DNA from: Armatimonadota bacterium
Lineage (GTDB): Bacteria > Armatimonadota > UBA5829 > DSUL01
Direction of reading: 5' to 3'
NCBI GenBank assembly: GCA_025998755.1
Contig: AP024674.1
Span: forward strand, 1,104,162 to 1,168,161
DNA: 64,000 nt
The notes below the pieces were generated by a model, which had not been told where the DNA came from, did not search any database, and saw only the letters and a program-made list of their open reading frames with translations. Below, piece by piece: positions 21,903 through 33,197 of this stretch (positions are counted from its first letter, which is position 1; each line of letters starts with the position of its first letter). The translations under genes were made by a program, and so were the position numbers.

Positions 21903-23099
21903 TTAGGTATTGGCAGCCATCGCCGCGGTCGCCGCAGCCTTCCCGCGCCCGGCGGCGGCTTCAGGCTCCCGCCAGACAACAGGAACCGGAAGGATATACG
22001 TCCTTGGAGCAAGCATGCGCCCGCTTAGCTGCTCGAAGATCAGATCCACCGCGATCTCACCCGCGCGGGTGAAGCCCGGACGGGACGTAGGGAACGGGGG
22101 AGTGAACCAGCGGGCCGTATCGTGGTCATCGAAGCCCGTCACACGGATGTCTCCGGGAACATCCACCCCACGTGCCAACAGCGCCTGCGTTAGCATGATG
22201 GCCGTCTGATCCTCCCATGCGATGACGGCATCGGGGACCGGATCCAGCGCGAGCAACCGGGCCGCAAGCTCATCCATGTCGCCTTCCCGGCCTGCAATCC
22301 ACATCTCCACTCGCTCGACTCCCGGCCACCCGACATATTGATCAGGTATGGGAAGTCCGGCATCTTTCATGGCCGTGCGCCATCCCCTGGCGCGCTCGGC
22401 GATGGACCGCCACACGGTCCCCGGCGTGATATCCATAAAGAGGATGTTCCGGTGGCCCCTGCGCAACAGCTCGCGGGTCATGTCATATCCCAGGCGGTAG
22501 TTGTCGAAAGTGACGATGTGGCGGCCCCATTCTTCCGTGCCGAGGTCAATCAGCACGATGGGGATGTCCCTCCAGCGCCTGGCGAGGTAGTCATCCTCAA
22601 GGGCGCCCCCTTTTCGCATGATCGGGTTCAGGATGATGCCCTGCGCTCCAGCTTCCAGGTGTTCCGCGACTAGTTCCTCCTCGTGCTGGACGTCGAAGCT
22701 GGAGGAGCCCATCAGGAGACCGAAGCCGAGCTCCCTAGCCCGGCGCTCTACTCCACGATATACCCTGACGCTCAGCCAGTCGTGACGCAGAGGGACAAGA
22801 AGGCTCAGCAACCGCCCACCACCGTTACCCCCGTTGCCTAAGCGGGACGGCTCCGCGATGTATGATCCACTTCCGTGCCGCGTGACAATCAGCCCCTCTG
22901 ACTCCAGGAGGGAAAGCGCGCGGGAGATGGTGGGCAGGCTGACGCCGAACCGGTCCTGAAGATATCGCTGAGTAGGCAGCTTGCTCCCCGGCGTGGCTCC
23001 GGGTCCGCTCAGCCACTCCTCGCGAATTGCGTTCGCGATCCTCTCATATGCGGGCAACCTATCCACTGCCCTGTCCTCCAACCGGCGTATACCGGACAA
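21903..23099 (-). CDS. transcriptional regulator, GntR-type HTH fused to LacI/periplasmic-binding-protein-like sugar-binding domain
   Basis: N-terminal [15 protein letters not shown]…[32 protein letters not shown] (GntR HTH). Followed by a PBP1-type domain. Confidence 0.65.
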   Translation of the reverse strand: MSGIRRLEDRAVDRLPAYERIANAIREEWLSGPGATPGSKLPTQRYLQDRFGVSLPTISRALSLLESEGLIVTRHGSGSYIAEPSRLGNGGNGGGRLLSLLVPLRHDWLSVRVYRGVERRARELGFGLLMGSSSFDVQHEEELVAEHLEAGAQGIILNPIMRKGGALEDDYLARRWRDIPIVLIDLGTEEWGRHIVTFDNYRLGYDMTRELLRRGHRNILFMDITPGTVWRSIAERARGWRTAMKDAGLPIPDQYVGWPGVERVEMWIAGREGDMDELAARLLALDPVPDAVIAWEDQTAIMLTQALLARGVDVPGDIRVTGFDDHDTARWFTPPFPTSRPGFTRAGEIAVDLIFEQLSGRMLAPRTYILPVPVVWREPEAAAGRGKAAATAAMAANT

Positions 23100-23138
23100 G
23101 GGGCCCTTCCGACACCGTGCGCCTTCAGACCCTTCTCA

Positions 23139-23942
23139 TTATCGCCTATAAGCCGGATTGTCGACGCCCCTGTTCGGCAGGAAGCCCCAGTAACTGTCGT
23201 CGTCCATCCGCTCCGGTATCTCGGCCTTTGCATGGCCGTCAAAGAACAGATAATTGACGACGCTTCCGCCGGCGTGCTCGCCTTCTTTCGGCTTGTAGCC
23301 GGCCAGAGACTGATAGGCCGGGAAACCGAACGTGTTGTAGTCGCGGGTGTTCGGGATGGGGTTCCCGCCTGCGTCCACCTTCAAACCATAAGCCCATTCG
23401 CAAAGCAGCACATACCGTGAGTGCTCAGGCTTCATCTGACCCTCCGTCCAGGTGAAAGCCACCGGCTCCGCCAGAGGGCCGCTGGCAGGCCTCCCCATGA
23501 TCATCCAGTCCAGCAGCGGCTGATCGTTGAGAGCATAGCTTCGTTTGTGGGGCTTGACGCCCGGGATCTTCTCCGTGCGACGCGCTCCATCAGACGGGCA
23601 TCCGTAGACGGCCACATTCTTCACGTAAGGGAAGATGGCGACATCCCAAGTGACCCATCCCTGATATTGCTCGGGATGGATCTTGGGAGTCGAAGGGTCA
23701 ATGCGCTGGGCGCCGGCCGGGTAGCGGCCCTTGTGATCGTCCACATACATCTTGAACGCCACGCCCAGCTGCTTCAGATTGTTGAGACAGCCGGTCAGCC
23801 TGGCCTTCTCGCGCGCCTGCAGGAATACGGGGAACAGAATGGCGGCGAGGATGGCGATGATGGCGATGACCACGAGCAGTTCAATCAGGGTGAACCCCTT
23901 ACGGACTTTTGCGGACTGCACCTTGCTGGCCCTCCGGATCAA
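23139..23942 (-). CDS. prepilin-type N-terminal cleavage/methylation domain protein (DUF1559 family)
   Basis: [35 protein letters not shown]-terminal FFDGHA motif. Confidence 0.7.
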   Translation of the reverse strand: MIRRASKVQSAKVRKGFTLIELLVVIAIIAILAAILFPVFLQAREKARLTGCLNNLKQLGVAFKMYVDDHKGRYPAGAQRIDPSTPKIHPEQYQGWVTWDVAIFPYVKNVAVYGCPSDGARRTEKIPGVKPHKRSYALNDQPLLDWMIMGRPASGPLAEPVAFTWTEGQMKPEHSRYVLLCEWAYGLKVDAGGNPIPNTRDYNTFGFPAYQSLAGYKPKEGEHAGGSVVNYLFFDGHAKAEIPERMDDDSYWGFLPNRGVDNPAYRR

Positions 23943-24202
23943 ACATTTGGCAGGCTCCGCCTGCCTGCTAACAATTATGGCTAGTGTTCAGCCGTGTGTC
24001 AAGAGTGTTTCGGAACAATTTCTGGTCGAATGCTAACACATTAACACAATGCAAATTTCTACTTGACACAGGGCGGACCGAATGGCATACTTGGCATGAT
24101 CCCGGGACTTTACGGCCCGCTTCCGGACACGCGGCGGTCCGGCCGGCGTCCGGAGATTCCGGGGGGGACCCGTGCAAGAATCCGAAAGGAGGGAACACTC
24201 TG

Positions 24203-26668
24203 ATGTTCCGTTTGTTCCGCTTCGCAGCTGCAGGGGTGGCCTTGCTGGTGGCGGCTTCCGTCCTGATGGCTGCAGAGTATGCCGTAAAACAGGACGGCAC
24301 TGCGGACTTCACCACAGTGTCGGCTGCCATCAATGCCGCCAATGCCAATCCGGGTGCGGATGTCATCACCATTCTGGACAGCGCCACTTATGACGAGGAC
24401 TTCCCCCGCCCGACCCAGAGCCTGACCATTCAGGCTGCTCCCGGCCAGACGCCCACGCTGAACAAGGTCTCCAGCGCCAGCGGCGTGGGTCAGGTCATCA
24501 GCTTTGCCGGGCAGGACGGAGACACATTCATCATCCGGGGAGCTTCGCCCACCGAGAAAATGACCGTAAAGAACTCGGTCGGGACAGGCCCGATCCTCGG
24601 CGGGGGGCCCGCTGCCGCGAGATCTTTCACCTACATTGCCGAGAACCTGATCCTGGAGCGCCCTGCAGACGGCGCTGGCAGCACAGGGCTCTTCTCGAAC
24701 ATCAACCACAACGGCCCGGCCGTTCTGCGCAATGTGGAGTTTGTGGGGCATTCGCCTTCCGCAGCTTCCTCCGCGGTGCTGAACATCACCGCCGCGCCGC
24801 ACACTGTGGAGGACTGCGTCTTCCGCCAGAACAATCCGGGGACCGTTATCTATCTGCAGGGCAAGGCCAGCACCTTCCGCCGCTGTAGCTTCCCGGGCAA
24901 CGTTGCCGGCGGCGCACTGGTCTACGCATCGCCCGCGTCGGAAGACTGTATCTTCGAGGACTGCGACCTGCGGCCCGCCAGCGGCTTCGGCGCCGTGGTC
25001 TATCTCGCGGGCGGAAACCACACCTTCACGCGCTGCTCGATCGGAGCTGCTCCCGGCGCGCCGCCTCCCGGCGTTCAGACCATACGGACGAACGGGGCGT
25101 ATAGCGGTACGGTGACTTTTGAGAGCTGCTCGCTGGGCTCGGGCGGTGGCGCCGGATATTACCGGTTCTTCAGCGACAACAGCGCCGGCACGTTTATCTT
25201 CAACAACCCCGTCTTCCTGGACGGTTGCGGAGACGTCGCCTTCCACTGTTTTGGCGGCGCAATGAAGGTCACCATCGCAGGCAGCCCGCTCGCAAAGGCA
25301 TCCTTCGATCCGATCGTGCAGGGCGGGAACATCCTTCCCATCCGGTTCGCCGGAGCGAGCCTCACGCTGCGGGACGTCTCGGCGACCGTGAAAGGCCCGG
25401 CGGCCACCTTCATGGACAGCGCGTTCGAAGGACCGCTGCTCAATCCCTTGACAGTGTCGCTGGAGCGGTGCGAGTTCCTGAACGGCGCCGGTGTCTTCAA
25501 CCTGGTGCTCCGCGATTCCGTAGGAAATCCGGTGTTCCGCGATCAGCCGTTGGATCTCTATGCAACTAACTGCATCTGGCAGGGAGCCGGCGAGGATCAC
25601 TTCATCTGGACAAAGGATTCCCAGACGTTCATCCTGGCGCCCGCCACCATCAACCTCAAGCACTGCACGTTGTTCGGGCGGATCACGAACACCTTCATCT
25701 GGGGATCGCGTCTGGAGGAAGGGGACGGCACGACGGACGTGCTGACCGCTGAATACTGTATCTTCGACGCGCATCAGCAGCAGCCCATCAGCTTCTCCAA
25801 CCTGGACCTGACCGGCCAGAAAAACCTGGTCTTCTGGAGCACCACGAGCCCGGGTGTGGTGGGGTTCGGCGTTTATCCGCCGGATACGATCATCCGGTTC
25901 CCCGCTCTGTCGGCCACGGGCCGGTTGAATGCGACCAGCGTTCCCGCCTTCGCGAAGGCGGTAGGCTCCGACGTTGTGGATGATATTGACGGACGGGCCC
26001 GCCCGCTTCCAGCCTCGGCATCGGCGCCCGACCTTGGGGCGGCGGAGTTCGACGAGCCCACGCCTGTGGATGTGTCTTCCATCGCCCAGCTCAAGGAGCT
26101 CCCGGACGGCACATTCGCCCGGCTGACGGGCAAGGTGGTCACCGGGCGGTTCCCGTGGTGGTTCTACATTCAGGACGAGGACCGCACATCCGGCATCCGC
26201 GCGGACTGGTGGTTGGGATCGTCCGCGAACGTGAATGATCGGGTGACCATCACCGGATCGCTGGTGACGGTGGGCGCAGGCCAGGAGAAGTGGCTGACCG
26301 GCGGTGAGATCCTCTCCGCCACTCCTGGTGCTCCGATCCGACCTCTGGTTATCGCCAACAAGGCTCAGGTCAACACCTTCAACGGCGTCGGCCTGAAGAC
26401 ATACGGTCTGCTGGTGCACACCGCCGGACGCGTCACCGCCGTCCCCTACGGCAACTGCTACTACATTGATGATGGCACCGGGTTCGAGGACGGCAGCGGG
26501 CGGAAAGGCATCTGCATTTACAACATCAACGGCGAGCCGAGCCCAGCAGTTGGCCAGTTCGTCCTGGTGACCGGATGTTCCGGGTTCAACATTGTCCCGG
26601 TGGGAGATCCGGTGACCGGCAGTGTCCCGTCGCCCGTCATCTGGCAGACTCAGATGATCGCACTGTAA
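24203..26668 (+). CDS. secreted right-handed parallel beta-helix repeat protein (pectin-lyase fold)
   Basis: Start at ATG 24203 (AAAGGAGGG RBS; signal MFRLFRFAAAGVALLVAASVLMA). Recurrent C-x-F/N-containing PbH1-like repeats (CVFRQNNPG, CSFPGNVAGG, CIFEDCDL, CSIGAAPG, CSLGSGGG). Confidence 0.6.
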   Translation: MFRLFRFAAAGVALLVAASVLMAAEYAVKQDGTADFTTVSAAINAANANPGADVITILDSATYDEDFPRPTQSLTIQAAPGQTPTLNKVSSASGVGQVISFAGQDGDTFIIRGASPTEKMTVKNSVGTGPILGGGPAAARSFTYIAENLILERPADGAGSTGLFSNINHNGPAVLRNVEFVGHSPSAASSAVLNITAAPHTVEDCVFRQNNPGTVIYLQGKASTFRRCSFPGNVAGGALVYASPASEDCIFEDCDLRPASGFGAVVYLAGGNHTFTRCSIGAAPGAPPPGVQTIRTNGAYSGTVTFESCSLGSGGGAGYYRFFSDNSAGTFIFNNPVFLDGCGDVAFHCFGGAMKVTIAGSPLAKASFDPIVQGGNILPIRFAGASLTLRDVSATVKGPAATFMDSAFEGPLLNPLTVSLERCEFLNGAGVFNLVLRDSVGNPVFRDQPLDLYATNCIWQGAGEDHFIWTKDSQTFILAPATINLKHCTLFGRITNTFIWGSRLEEGDGTTDVLTAEYCIFDAHQQQPISFSNLDLTGQKNLVFWSTTSPGVVGFGVYPPDTIIRFPALSATGRLNATSVPAFAKAVGSDVVDDIDGRARPLPASASAPDLGAAEFDEPTPVDVSSIAQLKELPDGTFARLTGKVVTGRFPWWFYIQDEDRTSGIRADWWLGSSANVNDRVTITGSLVTVGAGQEKWLTGGEILSATPGAPIRPLVIANKAQVNTFNGVGLKTYGLLVHTAGRVTAVPYGNCYYIDDGTGFEDGSGRKGICIYNINGEPSPAVGQFVLVTGCSGFNIVPVGDPVTGSVPSPVIWQTQMIAL

Positions 26669-26782
26669 TACCCTCGCGGAAAAGCAAGACAAGGCACAGC
26701 AAAAGACGGGTCCGGCACCACGGGGCCGGACCCGTCTCCCCAGATGACCCGGACGAGCCGCTCTCGAACACAGGCAGCCCAG

Positions 26783-29700
26783 ATGAAAGTCACCCGACAT
26801 ATTCTTTTCCTGTCCTTGCTGGCAAGCACGCTGTCGCATAATGCTGAGGCGTCCCTGACAATTGAGCAGATCTCGTTCCACCGCGCCACCTACTCGCAAG
26901 CGTATACCGAGAACTACCCGGCGGACAACGGCGGGGTGATGTTCGTGTTCGTCCGTAATGGCGGAACCTTACCGGTCGCCGTGAGCGAGGTCCGTGTCAA
27001 CGGCACTCCGGTGCAGGATCTGCAGGCCAACGGGACGATCTCCTGGTGGCGCATTTGGCCCGCCGTCGTACCGGCGGGAGGGGTGTCCACCGTGACCGTA
27101 AAAGCGACGGGCGTGCCTCTGGCCGAAGGATCCGGCGTGACAGTGACGGTCACGCCGGCGGTTGGCCAGCCGGTTACCGCGACCGCCACCCTGAGCACCC
27201 CCCGACTGCGCATCGGCGGAGTGCTGCCCTCTCCGGACTGGCGCACGGTTTACGTGTTCCTGCGCAATCTGGATACGGTCTCCCACACGGTGACGCAGCT
27301 TTTTCTGAACGACGACGTGACAGCCTCAATGACGCTTGCCGGCGGGCCGGTCATCGCGCCGAACAGCGTCGGAATCGCCAAGGTCACCTACCCTGCCCCG
27401 CTTTCCCCTCTGACCCCTCTGGCGGTGCGCGTGCGCTCCTCACGGGCCGGAGGAGAGATTGTAACCGTGGGCGCGCCGGTGAGACTGGTGGAGCCTTGGT
27501 TTCCTGTGGGTTCCTGGAGCTCCAGCATGGCGACAAACGACACCGGGCAGGAGCTTTCCCGCCAGGCGCTGCTCGATACCGTGACGGGCAGTAACGACTG
27601 GCAGGCCATCCGGCAGATGGCCGACCGGTTCTTCATCCGCACGTTCAACAGCATCAATACCGGCGAGCCGAAGTATCCGGACCCGGCCGTGGTGGCGGCT
27701 CAAACAGGCAACCTCGACATCCGCGCATGGTTTCTGCGCGACGAGCCCGATCTGAACGGAGTTCCCGTGCTGCAGATTAAGGAGGGCAATGACATCCTCT
27801 GGGCGGACCCCACCCATCCGTCCTTCCTGAACCTGAACACCACGCGCGCATTCAATGCGTACGGACACATCCCGGACGTCATTGGCCAGGATCATTACGT
27901 GATGTACGCGCCGAACAACATCCCCGGCACGGGCATCACGCGCTTCGCCCGGCTGGAAGAAGCCATCGAGTTCAGCGATCAACTCAAGCTGAACACCGAG
28001 CCGAAGATCATGTGGAACTGGAGCCAGCTAGCAGGCAGCGCGTGGAACCGGCAGCCTGAGCCGTGGGGTGTCAACTACCAGTTTTGGGGGAACGTAATGA
28101 CCGGCTCCAAAGGCATCCTGTGGTTCGTGCTGCAGCCAAACAGCGCTTCCAACTACCCCGCCCAGTTCCAGGAGGCTGTCAAGCTGGGCAGGCAACTCAG
28201 CCAGATCCGAAACCTTTGCCTGTATGGAGAGTCCATCCCGAACCTGACGTTCAGCACCACACGGGCACTGGGACGCTCCCTGGTGGGAGAGAACGCCGTC
28301 GTGGTGATCGTGCTTAACAACAACTACAGCGTCGGGGGCTTCCCCTGGTCTCCCAGCTATAGCATCAGCCCGCTCTCCGGCACCGTGACGGTCCCCGTTC
28401 CCTCGTGGATACCGGTGCAGCAGGTCTACCGCGTCACTCCGGAAGGAATGGATACGCCCATCCATTCCGTGAATCCTGACGGCACGGTGACCATATCCTT
28501 CTCTATGCACACAGAGATGCAGGTCTTTGTCATCGGGAGGCAGGACGCCACACCGCCTGCGGCTCCGTCTCGGGTGTGCATAGCGCGATATACTGGACCG
28601 GACAGATGCCGTCTCTCCTGGGAGGAGCCCTACGACGACTTCGGAGTCAAGGGCTACAAAGTCTACGCCGACGGGCAGGAGATTGCCGACGTCCGCGAGC
28701 CGATGGCCACCATATCCGGGCTGGTGAATCCGGAGAATATCCGCTTCACGGTCCGGGCCTACGACTCCGCAGGGAATCTGAGCCAGCCATCCCCGAATGT
28801 TCGCTGGCTGACCTGGAGCTTCGAGACGACCGGTTACTTCATGGGCTGGGACATGGCAAACCAGGTGCTGCTTCCGGCCGTGACGGGCGGCGCGCTGCAG
28901 TTCGATATCGGGGGCAATGACCCGTACATCATCTCCCCTGAGATCCGCGCCGACGCCTCGCGCTTTCGGTATCTCAGGATCCGCATGCGCAACTCGAGCG
29001 CCGGCACGCTGGGGCAGGTCTTCTTCTCCACGGAAGCCGCGCCGGGCTGGGACCAAAGCCGAACAGTCACCTTCAGCCTGTTTCCCAACGACGTGGGGTT
29101 CACGGAGTACTTCGTGGACATGGGCTCGAGCGCCCAGTGGACGGGCACGATCACTCGCATCCGCCTGGACCCGGTGGCGAACGTCTCCGCGGGACGCATC
29201 GCAATCGAGGAGATTCAGCTAACTCCGTTTGCATCCCCTGACAGCACGCCTCCAATCGGGTCCCTTTTGATCAACGGTGGCACCCAGTTCACCAACAACA
29301 TCGCGGTAACCCTGAACCTGACCGCCACCGACGACTCCGGAGTGATCGCCGCTCAGTTCAGTCAGAACGGAGTCTCCTGGACGGCTTGGGAGCCGTTCGC
29401 GCCCACGCGCAGCTGGAACCTGGTGAGCCTGGACGGCACAAGATCCGTCTTTGCGCGGTTCCGTGATCCTTACGGGAATATATCCGCGCCCGTCTCAGAC
29501 ACCATCGGCCTGGACCGCGTTCCTCCTCCCACTCCGGCGCAGCCGTCCGGTCCATCGCCATTCACCGGCGATCCGCAGGTCACCTTCACCTGGAACGCCG
29601 TGACGGATGCTCTGAGCGGGACAGCAGGCTATATCTGCAGGATCGGGACCACGCCGGGCGGGTCGGACGTCTTCAACGGAAGCGTCGGGAATACTCTCAG

Positions 29701-30748
29701 CAAGACCATCACGGGACAGAGCGGGCAGACCTACTACTGCCGCGTCCAGGCGGTGGACAACGCAGGAAATATCAGCGGCCTCTCCCCGGTCAGCGCCGGC
29801 GTGCTGGTGGATACGGAACCGCCTGCCGCGCCGTCAGCTCCAAGCGACGCGGGCGTCCACACCACCTCGCCCACGGTTCTGTTCCAGTGGAGCGCCCCGG
29901 ACGATCCGGGAGGCAGCGGGGTGGCCGGGTACGACCTTCAGGTTGGCACGACTCCGGGCGCATCGGATGTCTTCTCCGGCGACATCGGCGACATCCTCTC
30001 GCACAGCATTCAGGGAGAGGCGGGGCGCAGCTACTTCAGCAGGGTGAGAGCCCGCGATAGAGCGGGCAACTTGGGCGGATGGTCACAGTGGAGCGACGGG
30101 ATAGCCGTGGTTGAACACGCGGGGCTCACTCCAGCCGCGGCCAAACTGCTCCCCGACGGCGCATCCGCCGGGATCTCCGGCGCCGTTGTCAGCCAGATAT
30201 CCGGGGCTCAGATCTGGGTGCAGGATGCCGGCAGAGCCGCCGGTCTGCGGGTGCGGCTGCTCGCGCCCGCCGAAGGGATCGCGCCAGGGAGCAGGGTGGA
30301 AGCCGGTGGTGCGATGGCCACCCTGCCGGAGGGAGAACGGTACCTGGAAGGAGTCGCGGGTGTGACGGCGCCGGGATCCGCACCTGAGCCGCTCGGAATC
30401 TCGAACGCCGCGCTTGGCGGAGGCGGTTGGTTCCACGATGCTGAGACGGGAGCTGGACAGGCCGGAGTTACGGGCGCTGCGGGAACAGGCAACATAGGGT
30501 TGCTGGTCAGGATATGGGGCCGCGTGACCCATGTGGATCCCGCAGGCGGCTTCTTCGTAATCTCGGATGGGAGCGGTGTGACAGACGCCTCGGGGCAAGC
30601 AGGAGTGCGGGTCTCGGGGGTCGTCCCGTCCTGGCTGGCTCACGGCGAGATGGTTGGAGTGCGCGGCATCAGCTCTTGCTTCCGCGAAGGCGCTCAGACT
30701 TTCAGGCTCCTAATCGTCGCAGGGGAAGACGCCATCACGCGCCTCTGA
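26783..30748 (+). CDS. very large secreted protein with fibronectin type III repeats
   Basis: Start at ATG 26783 (MKVTRHILFLSLLASTLSHNAEA signal). Three FN3-like repeats share the pattern …TTPGGSDVF…YYCRVQAVDNAGNIS…. Confidence 0.6.
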   Translation: MKVTRHILFLSLLASTLSHNAEASLTIEQISFHRATYSQAYTENYPADNGGVMFVFVRNGGTLPVAVSEVRVNGTPVQDLQANGTISWWRIWPAVVPAGGVSTVTVKATGVPLAEGSGVTVTVTPAVGQPVTATATLSTPRLRIGGVLPSPDWRTVYVFLRNLDTVSHTVTQLFLNDDVTASMTLAGGPVIAPNSVGIAKVTYPAPLSPLTPLAVRVRSSRAGGEIVTVGAPVRLVEPWFPVGSWSSSMATNDTGQELSRQALLDTVTGSNDWQAIRQMADRFFIRTFNSINTGEPKYPDPAVVAAQTGNLDIRAWFLRDEPDLNGVPVLQIKEGNDILWADPTHPSFLNLNTTRAFNAYGHIPDVIGQDHYVMYAPNNIPGTGITRFARLEEAIEFSDQLKLNTEPKIMWNWSQLAGSAWNRQPEPWGVNYQFWGNVMTGSKGILWFVLQPNSASNYPAQFQEAVKLGRQLSQIRNLCLYGESIPNLTFSTTRALGRSLVGENAVVVIVLNNNYSVGGFPWSPSYSISPLSGTVTVPVPSWIPVQQVYRVTPEGMDTPIHSVNPDGTVTISFSMHTEMQVFVIGRQDATPPAAPSRVCIARYTGPDRCRLSWEEPYDDFGVKGYKVYADGQEIADVREPMATISGLVNPENIRFTVRAYDSAGNLSQPSPNVRWLTWSFETTGYFMGWDMANQVLLPAVTGGALQFDIGGNDPYIISPEIRADASRFRYLRIRMRNSSAGTLGQVFFSTEAAPGWDQSRTVTFSLFPNDVGFTEYFVDMGSSAQWTGTITRIRLDPVANVSAGRIAIEEIQLTPFASPDSTPPIGSLLINGGTQFTNNIAVTLNLTATDDSGVIAAQFSQNGVSWTAWEPFAPTRSWNLVSLDGTRSVFARFRDPYGNISAPVSDTIGLDRVPPPTPAQPSGPSPFTGDPQVTFTWNAVTDALSGTAGYICRIGTTPGGSDVFNGSVGNTLSKTITGQSGQTYYCRVQAVDNAGNISGLSPVSAGVLVDTEPPAAPSAPSDAGVHTTSPTVLFQWSAPDDPGGSGVAGYDLQVGTTPGASDVFSGDIGDILSHSIQGEAGRSYFSRVRARDRAGNLGGWSQWSDGIAVVEHAGLTPAAAKLLPDGASAGISGAVVSQISGAQIWVQDAGRAAGLRVRLLAPAEGIAPGSRVEAGGAMATLPEGERYLEGVAGVTAPGSAPEPLGISNAALGGGGWFHDAETGAGQAGVTGAAGTGNIGLLVRIWGRVTHVDPAGGFFVISDGSGVTDASGQAGVRVSGVVPSWLAHGEMVGVRGISSCFREGAQTFRLLIVAGEDAITRL

Positions 30749-30830
30749 GCCGGAGGCCTTCGCGCGTGAGAGGACTCGTTGCGACACGCGCCGAACTCTT
30801 GGCAGGGTTATCAGGAGGGCTCAGAACGGC

Positions 30831-32177
30831 ATGCGCAAGAGCAACGTCATCGCTTCCCTTGCCGCCGCCGTGTTGGCGGGGCTGGTGTTCGGATGCGGCC
30901 GCGCGCCTCAGGAGGAGGTGCTGGAGGTCGCGGTCTTCCAGGGCGGCTACGGCATAGACTTCTTCGAGCGCAAGGCTCGCCAGTTCGAGCAGGAGCATCC
31001 GGAGATCCTTACTCCACCCGGGAAGGACAAGCCACTGAAGATCAAACTTTGGGGCAGCCCGCGTGTCTGGGAGCAGCTTCGGCCCCGATTCGTCTCAGGC
31101 GAGGTGCCCGACCTCACCTGGCCCGGCTGGGGGATGGACTACTGGAAGCTGGTGGCCGAGAACCAGGCGATGCCGATGAACCGCTTCCTGGAGAAGAAGG
31201 CGTGGGACCGGGACATCCCCTGGAAAGACACCTTCGATAAGGCCCTGCTGGAGAAAGGGAGCTATAAGGGCAAGTATTACATCATCCCCTTCAATAACAA
31301 CCTCTTCAGCTGGTGGTACAACGCGGCGATGTTCGAGAAGAACGGCTGGAAGCCGCCGCGGACCTACCCCGAGCTGCTGGAACTCTGCGAAAAGATCAAG
31401 GCGAAAGGCATTGACCCCATCACGTTTCAGGGGAAATACCCGGACTACATGCTTCGCGGATTCCTGTTCCCATGGGTAATCTCCATCGGAGGGATAGACG
31501 CGTTCAACGACGCGCAGGATCTGAAGCCGGGAGCCTGGAAGAGCCCGGCCTTCCTGCAGGCCGCCCGGATGGTGGCCGAGCTTCGCGATCGGGGATACTT
31601 TGCGAAGGGGGCTCTCGGCAAGACGCACACTCAGGCGCAGTCGGATTTCGTGGCCGGTAAGGCAGCGTTCATCCCGTGCGGTACTTGGCTGGCCAGCGAG
31701 CAGAAAGACGACATCGCCGCTCACCCGGAGTTCCGGATGGAGTTCATGCTGACGCCTTACGTTCCCGGCGGCAAGGGCGATCCCACGGCACTTTGCACCG
31801 GCACCGAGGACTGGATCATCCCGGCGAAGGCGAAGCATCCGGAAATGGCGGCCGAGTTCTTCCGCTTCCTGACCAGCCTGGAGAACACGCGGGAGTGGGT
31901 GAAAGAGAAGAACACTTTCACCTGCATCCGCGGAAGCGAGGAAGTGGAGCTGCCTCCCTACCTGAAGGGCGCCGCGAAGCTTTACTCGCAATCCCGGCAG
32001 ATCTGGACCGCGCAGTACGCTCAGTGGTATCCGGAGATGAAGAAGGAGGCCGAGGACGCCCTGCGCCGGCTTCTGAACGGAGACATCACGCCGGAGAAGT
32101 GTGTGGATCTGATGGAGCAAGCTGCCGCCCGCATCCGGGCTAACCCGGACGTCATCAAACACAAGGTGCGCCGCTGA
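30831..32177 (+). CDS. ABC transporter substrate-binding lipoprotein (extracellular solute-binding family 1, sugar type)
   Basis: Lipobox LVFGC after a hydrophobic leader. SBP-like length and composition. Confidence 0.7.
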   Translation: MRKSNVIASLAAAVLAGLVFGCGRAPQEEVLEVAVFQGGYGIDFFERKARQFEQEHPEILTPPGKDKPLKIKLWGSPRVWEQLRPRFVSGEVPDLTWPGWGMDYWKLVAENQAMPMNRFLEKKAWDRDIPWKDTFDKALLEKGSYKGKYYIIPFNNNLFSWWYNAAMFEKNGWKPPRTYPELLELCEKIKAKGIDPITFQGKYPDYMLRGFLFPWVISIGGIDAFNDAQDLKPGAWKSPAFLQAARMVAELRDRGYFAKGALGKTHTQAQSDFVAGKAAFIPCGTWLASEQKDDIAAHPEFRMEFMLTPYVPGGKGDPTALCTGTEDWIIPAKAKHPEMAAEFFRFLTSLENTREWVKEKNTFTCIRGSEEVELPPYLKGAAKLYSQSRQIWTAQYAQWYPEMKKEAEDALRRLLNGDITPEKCVDLMEQAAARIRANPDVIKHKVRR

Positions 32178-32204
32178 GGGGGTCTGGCGCTCCGACAGAC
32201 TGCA

Positions 32205-33197
32205 CTAGCCGACGCGGTCCAGATCCTCCACGCGGCCGTCCAGAAGCGCCCGGACATTCGCGACACATCGCTCCGCCATCCGCCGGTTGGCCATGTCCGT
32301 GTTGCTGGAAACATGGGGGGTGAGGACGACGTTGGCCAGCGTCCGCAAATCTTTTCCCGGAGCGCGGGGCACATAAGGCTCATTCTCGAACACGTCCAGA
32401 GCCGCCCCCGCAAGTCTGCCTTCGGCCAGCGCGTCGAACAGGGCGTCCTCATCCACGATACCACCGCGCGAGGTGTTCACCAGGAACGCATCCGGGCGCA
32501 TCAGGGCAAGCTGCCGGCTGCCGATCAGAGCGCGCGTGCTTTCCACGAGAGGGACGTGCAGACTGACGAACGACGCCTGCGCAAGAGCCTCGTCCAGGGA
32601 AGTCGTGTAGGCCGTGCGCACCCCGGAGCGATCCGCAAGTTCCTCCAGAAACTGCGCGTGTGCGGCGGGCGGCGTCACGGCGCAGGCCAGAATATCCATC
32701 CCGAAGCCCATCGCCGCAATGCGCGCGGTCTCCTTCGCGATGCGCCCGAACCCCACCATAGCCAACAGTTTGCCGCGAAGCTCCACCCCCCGCTCCGGGG
32801 CCCAATCACCCGCCTTAAGACCGGCGGATAGCCGCGGCACCCCGCGGGCCAACGCGCAGACCAGTCCCATGGCGTGCTCGGCGACCGAGACGTCCAGCAC
32901 GCCGGGCGTGTTCGTGACCAGGATGCCGCGCGATGCTGCCAGCGCCTTGTCCACCCCGTCGTGCCCCACTCCGAACCGCGCGATAAGTCCTCCCGAGGGA
33001 AGGGCATCATAAAGCGCCCCTTGATATTTCCGGACACCAATGATGACGGCTCTGGCGCCGCACCGGCGGACAGTCCCCGCGAGCGAGTCTTCCTCATCCG
33101 GAGCCGATAGGAACGTGACATCCTCTGCGGAGAGACTCTCGAACACATCCCGCCCTTTGTCGTATTCGGGGGCGGTGACAGGGACCAGATGAGTCAA
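32205..33197 (-). CDS. D-isomer-specific 2-hydroxyacid dehydrogenase (glyoxylate/hydroxypyruvate reductase-like)
   Basis: NAD-binding GxGxxG (MVGFGRIAKETA) and catalytic region (…NTSRGGIVDEDAL…HVSS…). Confidence 0.8.
   Translation of the reverse strand: MTHLVPVTAPEYDKGRDVFESLSAEDVTFLSAPDEEDSLAGTVRRCGARAVIIGVRKYQGALYDALPSGGLIARFGVGHDGVDKALAASRGILVTNTPGVLDVSVAEHAMGLVCALARGVPRLSAGLKAGDWAPERGVELRGKLLAMVGFGRIAKETARIAAMGFGMDILACAVTPPAAHAQFLEELADRSGVRTAYTTSLDEALAQASFVSLHVPLVESTRALIGSRQLALMRPDAFLVNTSRGGIVDEDALFDALAEGRLAGAALDVFENEPYVPRAPGKDLRTLANVVLTPHVSSNTDMANRRMAERCVANVRALLDGRVEDLDRVG

Noticed and set aside
24064-24100. TGGCAT-AC-TTGGCA resembling a sigma-54 -24/-12 promoter upstream of the beta-helix gene
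   Set aside because: The GG-to-GC spacing is 10 nt instead of the required 12. A TTGACA -35-like hexamer nearby is more plausible, but neither is convincing.
26744-26782. Upstream ATG 26744 as the start of the FN3 giant protein
   Set aside because: The signal peptide begins at the ATG at 26783 (MKVTRHILFLSLLA). The 13 upstream codons are Arg/Ser/Thr-rich with no function.
24110-26899. 929-aa ORF antisense to the beta-helix protein gene
   Set aside because: Same high-GC antisense artefact (R/G/A-rich, no motifs). The + strand product has a signal peptide and beta-helix repeats.
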